Of a DNA stretch of 32,000 nucleotides, positions 25,945 through 32,000 are shown in pieces; position 1 is the stretch's first letter, and the number at the start of each line of letters is the position of its first letter. Under the pieces are notes generated by a model. The model saw only the letters and a program-made list of their open reading frames with translations, was not told the DNA's origin and ran no database searches. The DNA comes from Xylanibacter ruminicola 23 (GTDB lineage: Bacteria; Bacteroidota; Bacteroidia; Bacteroidales; Bacteroidaceae). Made by a program: the position numbers and the translations under genes. The stretch spans positions 90,001 to 122,000 of the forward strand of contig NC_014033.1 of the NCBI RefSeq assembly GCF_000025925.1, read 5' to 3'.

Positions 25945-26894
25945 ATAGAATCATTGCATATATAAAAACTTTAGGTTTGTTGTTAGAACTATTGTTTTGT
26001 AACTTCTTTCTTCGTCTTTTCTTAAGAAAACCAAACTATGATAAAAAATATCGTATAAGTCTTTGTGGCATTTTTAAGAACGAAGCATCTTTCTTAAAGG
26101 AATGGATTGAGTTCCATGAAATGATCGGTGTGGAGCACTTCTATCTTTATAACAATAATTCTGAAGATAATTATAAAGAAATACTTCAGTCATATATTGA
26201 TAGAGGGCTTGTTACATTAGTTGATTGGCCTTATGACCAAGCACAAATAGCTGCATATCAGAATTTTTATGAAACTTACCGTCATGAAACTCAGTGGGTA
26301 TCTTTCTTAGATATCGATGAGTTCTTTTGTCCGCGATATGCGAAAACGATAGGGGAGTGGCTTTCCACTATGGACAAGTATCCTGTATTGGTTCTTTATT
26401 GGCGGATGTTTGGAACATCTGGCAAGTTGCATCATAATAATGATGAATTAGTAATTGAGCAATACCATGTTTCTTGGGACCATTTATATCATTGTGGAAA
26501 ATGTTTGGTTAATACAGACTATGGTATTTCTGTTTTTGATACTTCTACTCATCATCTTACACGTGTAAAATATCCCTTGTTTGGTGGTTTTTTCAATGTT
26601 ACGGTTTTCCCTGCAAACCAATTTGGTTGGTTCGTATTTGACCCGATACATTTTGGACGTTTCTTTGATGAGTCAAAGTATTCCATACAGATTAACCATT
26701 ATTGGTCAAAAGCCTGGGAAGTGTATGAAAAGAAACGGCGAATGACTGACGTTTACTTTAAGGAGAATCCAAAGTTAAACTTGTCATATTTCTATGAGCA
26801 TGAGCATGAAAATCGAACAGAGAATCATACGATATTTAGATTTTTGATGCAATTAAAATTAAAAATGGGATTGTTTGATTATGAAAACAACTGA
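25941..26894 (+). CDS. Glycosyltransferase (GT-A fold, GT92 / Glyco_tranf_2_4-like)
   Basis: 317 aa. Motif: ISLCGIFKNEASFLKEWIEFHEMIGVEHFYLYNNNSED...VSFLDIDEF (DxD). A 4 nt ATGA overlap joins it to wzx. Confidence 0.65.
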   Translation: MNRIIAYIKTLGLLLELLFCNFFLRLFLRKPNYDKKYRISLCGIFKNEASFLKEWIEFHEMIGVEHFYLYNNNSEDNYKEILQSYIDRGLVTLVDWPYDQAQIAAYQNFYETYRHETQWVSFLDIDEFFCPRYAKTIGEWLSTMDKYPVLVLYWRMFGTSGKLHHNNDELVIEQYHVSWDHLYHCGKCLVNTDYGISVFDTSTHHLTRVKYPLFGGFFNVTVFPANQFGWFVFDPIHFGRFFDESKYSIQINHYWSKAWEVYEKKRRMTDVYFKENPKLNLSYFYEHEHENRTENHTIFRFLMQLKLKMGLFDYENN

Positions 26895-27291
26895 TTGTAA
26901 GATATTGAATTTGCCAAAGATTGCTGATGGTAGAGGGAATCTTTCTATTATAGAGGAGTATAAACAGATTCCTTTTAAAATTTGCCGTTCATATTGGATT
27001 TATGATGTTCCTGGTGGTTGTGAACGTGGAGGTCATGCTTACAAAAAGAATACAGAGTTCATTGTCGCGCTTTCTGGTAGTTTTGATGTTGTGGTAAATG
27101 ATGGGACTAATGAGCAGACTTTTCATTTGAACCGTTCATACATGGGATTATTAGTCCCCCAAGGTTTATGGCGAGTAATGAATAATTTTTCTACTAATTC
27201 ATTGGCCCTGATTTTATCTGATACAGAGTACGATGCTGGTGATTATATAATGGATTATGAAGACTATAGAAAATGGAATAATCAAAGATAG
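26881..27291 (+). CDS. FdtA/QdtA/WxcM-like dTDP-4-keto-6-deoxyhexose 3,4-ketoisomerase, copy 1 (HAY variant)
   Basis: Cupin sequence: DGRGNLSIIE...YWIYDVPGGCERGGHAYKK...FIVALSGSFDV...LVPQGLW. The ORF track starts at TTG 26875. ATG 26881 is the more likely start. Confidence 0.82.
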   Translation: MKTTDCKILNLPKIADGRGNLSIIEEYKQIPFKICRSYWIYDVPGGCERGGHAYKKNTEFIVALSGSFDVVVNDGTNEQTFHLNRSYMGLLVPQGLWRVMNNFSTNSLALILSDTEYDAGDYIMDYEDYRKWNNQR

Positions 27292-27712
27292 ACCTACGGT
27301 TTTTGATTGTGGCCTATATACATTAGAGAAGAATCACGAACCAGAGGGAAATTTAACATTCGTTTATAATGATGTGCATGTTCCCTTTGATGTGAAGCGT
27401 GTGTTTTACTCCTATGATATTCCTGGAGGCGAGTCTCGTGGTGCGCATGCTCATAAGGAATGTCATCAGTTTTTGATAGCAGCAAGTGGTAGTTTTGAAG
27501 TGGCGTTGGATGACGGAGTCAATAAACGTACGGTATTGTTAAACCGCCCGTTTTATGGGCTTCATGTTCCTCCTGGAGTTTGGGCTGCAGAACAAGGCTT
27601 TTCTTCTGGCTCAATTTGCTTGGTACTGGCTTCTGAGGGGTACTCTGAGGATGATTATATCCGCAATTATGATGAATATTTAGAATATATTAAGATACAG
27701 AATAATGGTTAA
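27257..27712 (+). CDS. FdtA/QdtA/WxcM-like 3,4-ketoisomerase, copy 2 (canonical HAH motif)
   Basis: 151 aa: EGNLTFVY...[33 protein letters not shown]...HVPPGVW. It overlaps copy 1 by 35 nt. Confidence 0.82.
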   Translation: MKTIENGIIKDRPTVFDCGLYTLEKNHEPEGNLTFVYNDVHVPFDVKRVFYSYDIPGGESRGAHAHKECHQFLIAASGSFEVALDDGVNKRTVLLNRPFYGLHVPPGVWAAEQGFSSGSICLVLASEGYSEDDYIRNYDEYLEYIKIQNNG

Positions 27713-28808
27713 ACTTTTGGATTTGCAGGCCATCACGGCTATGCATGGTGATGAAATAAAAGCAGCAGTAAATCGTGTGATTGATTCAGGCTGGTTTCTT
27801 CAAGGTAATGAAAACAAACAGTTTGAAACTGATTATGCTCAATATATAGGTACAGAACATTGTATAGCTGTAGCCAATGGTCTTGATGCATTGTATCTGT
27901 TGATGCGAGGCTATAAGGAAATGGGCTTGATGCAGGATGGTGACGAGATTATCGTGCCAGCTAATACGTATATAGCTACGATTATAGCAATCACCCGTAA
28001 TAATCTTGTACCTGTTTTGGTTGAGCCTACATGGGAGAGTCTTGAAATTGATATTGATAAGGTTGAGGCTGCAATCACTCCTAGGACGAAGGGGGTGATG
28101 ATTGTTCATCTATATGGCCGAATTGCCTATAATGATAAGTTAGGTGAGATATGCAAAAAGCATAATCTGAAGTTGATGGAAGATTGTGCTCAGAGCCATG
28201 GTTGTGCTTGGAAGGGAGTCAAGACAGGTGCTTTGGGTGATGCCGCAGCTCATAGTTTCTATCCTGGTAAGAATCTAGGTGCATTAGGTGATGCCGGTGC
28301 GGTAACAACTAATGACCCAGAATTGGCAGAGGTAATCCGGGCTTTGGCAAATTATGGCAGTCAGAAAAAATACGTATTTAAGTATGTAGGTATGAACAGT
28401 CGTATGGCAGAGACTGATGCCGCAGCTTTGGATGTGAAGTTGAAGTATCTGGATGAAGATAATCATTCACGTCAACAGTTAGCAGCTTATTACTATGCCA
28501 ACATTAATAATCCGTTAATAACACTGCCCAAACGAATTGAAGATGAAAATAATGTTTATCATCAGTTTCCGATTTTCTGTGAGAAACGTGATGAATTGCA
28601 GGAATATCTAAAACAGAATGGTATCCAAACTTTAATTCATTATCCAATACCTCCTCATAAGCAGGAGTGTTATAGGGAATGGAATAATCGAAGTTATCCT
28701 ATTACGGAGAAAATTCATGCTCAGGAGTTAAGTATTCCTATGAATCAAGTGGTTTCAATGGATGAAGCTGCAGAAGTGGTTAGAGTTATTAATAGCTATC
28801 ATGGATAA
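27705..28808 (+). CDS. DegT/DnrJ/EryC1/StrS-family PLP aminotransferase (FdtB/QdtB-type dTDP-3-keto-6-deoxyhexose transaminase)
   Basis: 367 aa: [45 protein letters not shown] (PLP lysine). An 8 nt ATGGTTAA overlap joins it to the preceding gene. Confidence 0.9.
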   Translation: MVKLLDLQAITAMHGDEIKAAVNRVIDSGWFLQGNENKQFETDYAQYIGTEHCIAVANGLDALYLLMRGYKEMGLMQDGDEIIVPANTYIATIIAITRNNLVPVLVEPTWESLEIDIDKVEAAITPRTKGVMIVHLYGRIAYNDKLGEICKKHNLKLMEDCAQSHGCAWKGVKTGALGDAAAHSFYPGKNLGALGDAGAVTTNDPELAEVIRALANYGSQKKYVFKYVGMNSRMAETDAAALDVKLKYLDEDNHSRQQLAAYYYANINNPLITLPKRIEDENNVYHQFPIFCEKRDELQEYLKQNGIQTLIHYPIPPHKQECYREWNNRSYPITEKIHAQELSIPMNQVVSMDEAAEVVRVINSYHG

Positions 28809-29745
28809 GCATCCCATATTGTCGCTTTGTATTCCTACGAATGGTGCTGTGGAGTGGATACTCCCAGTTATTGAAAGTATCTATTCGCAGGGGTATGACA
28901 ACGAAAAGTTTGAAGTGGTCATTACCGACAATGGTAAGGACTCACATTTACCTGTGCATATTGCTAAGATGAGTTATCCTAACCTCCGCTATAAGCAGAC
29001 CACAGATGAAGGATTCTTGAATTTGGTAAGCTGCTTGAAAGAAGGAAAGGGATTGTTCTGTAAGATGATCAATCATCGCAGTGTGATGCTGCCTGGTAGC
29101 ATCGCTGATATGGTTGCACTGGTAGAAAAATACAAGGATACCCAACCTGTTATCTATTGTTCTGATGGCAATATAAAGTGTGAAACAGATTTTGTTGAGT
29201 GCTCTAATATTGACGAATTTGTTCGTCACCTTTCATATTGGTGTAGTTGGAGTGCAGGTATTGGATTTTGGCATAAAGACATTCCGGTGATTCCCAATAT
29301 CCAGCTTAATGAGATGTTTCCGAATGCCTCATTATTATTTGAAATTCGTAAAGAGTCCGAATATGTAATTTGGAACAAGAAATACGAGCAGATGTGTGAT
29401 GACTCTGGAAAGGGAGGGTATAATCTGTTTCATACTTTTGGAGTTGTGCTACTTGATATCATCAAAGGTCTTTTTGATGACGGGCGTATAAGTTCTGAGG
29501 CATTTGGTATCGTCAAGAAAGATTTGCTTGGATTCTTAACCGAGTTGTATAAAAGCGAGGTGATACTACCTACTAAGCACACCTTTATTCTGAAAGATAT
29601 CAAGAAAAATGTGGAGGTATATTATGGTGTGGGAGGTTATTGGCAAATGATAATTAAGGCCAATTTTTATGCCTTCTACACCTGTATTGTATCTATTGCG
29701 TCTAAAGTGTTGAAACCTATTCTGGCATCTTTTAATCGTAAATAG
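28801..29745 (+). CDS. Family 2 glycosyltransferase
   Basis: From ATG 28801: [47 protein letters not shown], a GT2 N-terminus. An 8 nt ATGGATAA overlap joins it to the aminotransferase. The longer ORF-track start (28762) would overlap by 47 nt. Confidence 0.72.
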   Translation: MDKHPILSLCIPTNGAVEWILPVIESIYSQGYDNEKFEVVITDNGKDSHLPVHIAKMSYPNLRYKQTTDEGFLNLVSCLKEGKGLFCKMINHRSVMLPGSIADMVALVEKYKDTQPVIYCSDGNIKCETDFVECSNIDEFVRHLSYWCSWSAGIGFWHKDIPVIPNIQLNEMFPNASLLFEIRKESEYVIWNKKYEQMCDDSGKGGYNLFHTFGVVLLDIIKGLFDDGRISSEAFGIVKKDLLGFLTELYKSEVILPTKHTFILKDIKKNVEVYYGVGGYWQMIIKANFYAFYTCIVSIASKVLKPILASFNRK

Positions 29746-29751
29746 GTTATA

Positions 29752-30432
29752 ATGAAATGTCCCATTTGGTATATTAGTTCGTTGAATATAATGATAAAGT
29801 TATCGATAAAGAAACTTCTTAAATGCTTGATGTGGATAGCCAGCAGGGTGTTTCCATACACATTGAGCGAAAGAACGCGAGCGTTCAGGGATGTTTTATA
29901 CACCATGTGGATTTGTAATTATATCGGCCATATGGGGGAGCACTCAACAATCTCTAAACCATGCAGTCTTCAGGGTTGGGGACAGAAGCGTATTTCGATA
30001 GGCGATTATACCTGCATCCAGAGTCATGGCGTTCTCGGTTGTTGGGAACGGTATGGTGAACAGCGTTTTTCGCCTTCTTTGACGATAGGCAATCATTGCA
30101 GCATCGGTGAATATAACCATATCACAGTTTGCAATAAGATTACCATAGGCGATGGCCTTTTGACTGGACGCTTTGTATATATAGGTGACAATAGTCATGG
30201 GGGATTGAGTATCGAAGAAGCAACAGTACCTCCTGCTGAAAGAAAATTGTATTCTAAAGGAGAAATCGTAATAGGTAATAACGTTTGGATAGGCGATAAG
30301 GCCACTATCCTTGCTGGGGTTCATATTGGAGATAACGTAATAATAGGGGCAAATTCTGTAATAACAAAAGATGTTCCTTCAAACACAATGGTGGCAGGTG
30401 CGCCTGCTAGAATGATTAAATCATTAAATTGA
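29752..30432 (+). CDS. Left-handed beta-helix (hexapeptide repeat) acetyltransferase, WcaF / maltose-O-acetyltransferase-like
   Basis: 226 aa. Hexapeptide repeats: IGNNVWIGDKATILAGVHIGDNVIIGANSVITKDVPSNTMVAGAPARMI. The start could instead be the Met at 29791 (MIKLSIKKLL). Confidence 0.82.
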   Translation: MKCPIWYISSLNIMIKLSIKKLLKCLMWIASRVFPYTLSERTRAFRDVLYTMWICNYIGHMGEHSTISKPCSLQGWGQKRISIGDYTCIQSHGVLGCWERYGEQRFSPSLTIGNHCSIGEYNHITVCNKITIGDGLLTGRFVYIGDNSHGGLSIEEATVPPAERKLYSKGEIVIGNNVWIGDKATILAGVHIGDNVIIGANSVITKDVPSNTMVAGAPARMIKSLN

Positions 30433-30436
30433 ATGT

Positions 30437-31546
30437 ATGTCAAAACCAAGATTAATTGCATTATATTTACCTCAATTCCATCCATTTAAAGAGAATGACG
30501 AATGGTGGGGCAAAGGGTTTACGGAATGGACCAATGTAGCTAAAGCACGACCACTCTTTCGTGGACATTATCAACCTAAGGTGCCTGCAGACTTAGGCTT
30601 TTATGACCTTAGAGTGCCGGAGGTAAGAGAGGAACAGGCACGATTAGCAAAGGAGGCAGGAATAGATGGGTTTTGTTATTGGCACTATTGGTTTGAAGGG
30701 CATGAGTTGATGGAGCGTCCATTTTGGGAAGTTGTTAATAGCGGGAAGCCTGATTTCCCCTTCTGTATAGGTTGGGCTAATGAGACATGGAAATCCAAAA
30801 TGTGGAATAAGGATGGTTCGCTAGGAGCTGGGACAAAGACATTAATTGAGCAAACATACAGCGAAGAGGATGATGTGGCGCATTTCAATGCTTTGCTGAA
30901 AGCATTTAAGGATTCAAGATATATTTTGGTTGATGGTGCGCCTTTAGTGTTTGTTCATAGGGCTACAGATATGCCGGAGCATACCATAAGAATATGGAAT
31001 GAATTAGCTAAAGAAAAAGGCTTTCCTGGAATACACTTTGTAGGTAGAATTACCTTGTTGGAAAACTATGCTCAGGCAAAAGACTTGCTCCTAAAAAGAG
31101 GATTCAATGCTGTCACTGTTTCAAGATTAGGTTCTTCTGCTTTGAAAGAATCTTTATACGATAAACTACTGAGGAAATTTTGGCAGACCTTAAGATATAA
31201 AGGGTGTACTCATTTGATTTCATATAGTCAGGAAATTAAAACACTTTGTGATCCAGAGTTTGATTCGAATGAAGATGTATATCCGGCTATTTATCCAAAT
31301 TGGGACCATAGTCCACGAAGTGGAAGAAACGGGTTTATTATAGTTGATAGTACTCCGGATTTGTTTGAAAAACATGTTGCTCAGGTTTTGGATGAGGTTA
31401 AGAGTAAACAGCCTGAGCACCAGATCGCCTTTATTAAATCATGGAATGAATGGGGAGAAGGTAATTATATTGAACCAGATTTAAAATTTGGTAATGGTTA
31501 TTTGGAAGCACTTTCACGACAGATTGAAAAAGTAAGGTATGAATAA
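30437..31546 (+). CDS. WbsX-family (GH99-like fold) polysaccharide biosynthesis glycosyltransferase
   Basis: 369 aa. N-terminus: RLIALYLPQFHPFKENDEWWGKGFTEWTNVAKARPLFRGHYQPKVPADLGFYDL, the characteristic WbsX start. C-terminal SWNEWGEGNYIEPD. Confidence 0.82.
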   Translation: MSKPRLIALYLPQFHPFKENDEWWGKGFTEWTNVAKARPLFRGHYQPKVPADLGFYDLRVPEVREEQARLAKEAGIDGFCYWHYWFEGHELMERPFWEVVNSGKPDFPFCIGWANETWKSKMWNKDGSLGAGTKTLIEQTYSEEDDVAHFNALLKAFKDSRYILVDGAPLVFVHRATDMPEHTIRIWNELAKEKGFPGIHFVGRITLLENYAQAKDLLLKRGFNAVTVSRLGSSALKESLYDKLLRKFWQTLRYKGCTHLISYSQEIKTLCDPEFDSNEDVYPAIYPNWDHSPRSGRNGFIIVDSTPDLFEKHVAQVLDEVKSKQPEHQIAFIKSWNEWGEGNYIEPDLKFGNGYLEALSRQIEKVRYE

Positions 31547-32000
31547 AAAATATCATGTGAATTTAATTTTTCGCATGAAAAATGCCGATTATAGTATAGA
31601 AAAGGTTTTTAAACCTTTACAACCAATTTTTGGTAGGCATTTTGTTGTTGATGATTGTTATGTGCCTTATTATAAGGTTTCATTATGGTCAATTATTTCT
31701 AATATGTGGTTTGCTTTTTGTCATAGAAAGGATATAAACCATATTACGGGAGTAATGCATTATTGCGCTTTACTATTGCCGAAAAAGAATACCATTATCA
31801 CCATACATGACCTCAATCTTCCTGGAGCAGGACTCAAAAGGAAAATTCTGATGTGGCTGTTTGTGAAGTATCCTGTAAAAAGGGCTAACTATATAACATG
31901 TATAACAGAGGCAACAAAACGCGAACTTTTGGATGAATGTCCTAAAGCATCGGGTAAGGTGTCAGTTATATATAACCCAATATCTCCAGAATTCAAATAT
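31539..32000 (+). CDS. Glycosyltransferase (GT-B, family 4/1-like), N-terminal 154 codons only (runs off the right edge)
   Basis: Hand translation from ATG 31539: MNKKYHVNLIFRMKNADYSIEKVFKPL...INHITGVMHYCALLLPKKNTIITIHDL...ITCITEATKRELL...VIYNPISPEFKY, open to the window end. An 8 nt ATGAATAA overlap joins it to the WbsX gene. Confidence 0.6.
   Translation, partial: MNKKYHVNLIFRMKNADYSIEKVFKPLQPIFGRHFVVDDCYVPYYKVSLWSIISNMWFAFCHRKDINHITGVMHYCALLLPKKNTIITIHDLNLPGAGLKRKILMWLFVKYPVKRANYITCITEATKRELLDECPKASGKVSVIYNPISPEFKY

Noticed and set aside
15384-32000. Whether the capsule locus is a genomic island or integrative element
   Set aside because: There are no integrase, transposase, tRNA or flanking direct repeats in the window. 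The organisation (export genes, promoter, tightly overlapping biosynthesis genes) is a standard chromosomal polysaccharide locus, with cassette-like variation.

Overview
This looks like a Bacteroidales (Prevotella-like) chromosomal segment. That call is an inference from gene content and from seven intergenic matches to the Bacteroidetes TAnnTTTG (-7) promoter motif, five of them with a TTTG/TTG (-33) partner.

Left half (1-15.4 kb), core and glycan-degradation genes:
- two tandem PAS sensor kinase-like genes
- frr, rsgA, an S9 peptidase, mnmA
- an SPFH / ribbon-helix-helix / alpha-beta hydrolase operon
- divergent GH67 alpha-glucuronidase and GH35 beta-galactosidase genes

Right half (15.4-32 kb), a capsule/EPS locus:
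- Wza-like exporter and Wzz, then a strong terminator, a consensus promoter and a ~240 nt leader
- rfbC, followed by a decayed AAA-ATPase/PD-(D/E)XK gene
- a tightly packed, markedly AT-richer variable block: a cytidylyltransferase/PLP-fold fusion, an opine-dehydrogenase-like reductase, LicD, Wzx, a GT92-like glycosyltransferase, two FdtA-like ketoisomerases, a DegT-type aminotransferase, GT2, an LbH acetyltransferase, WbsX and a partial GT4

I found no rRNA, tRNA, CRISPR array, transposase or integrase.

Most interesting observations:
- a compact CDP-alcohol-phosphate decoration module (20969-24499)
- a kinase homolog whose phospho-acceptor His is Tyr (codon 1788-1790)
- divergent tandem ketoisomerases (HAY versus HAH motif)
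- a structured leader upstream of the biosynthesis operon
- an operator-like palindrome in front of the SPFH/RHH operon

All functional calls come from motif recognition by eye. No database search was possible.
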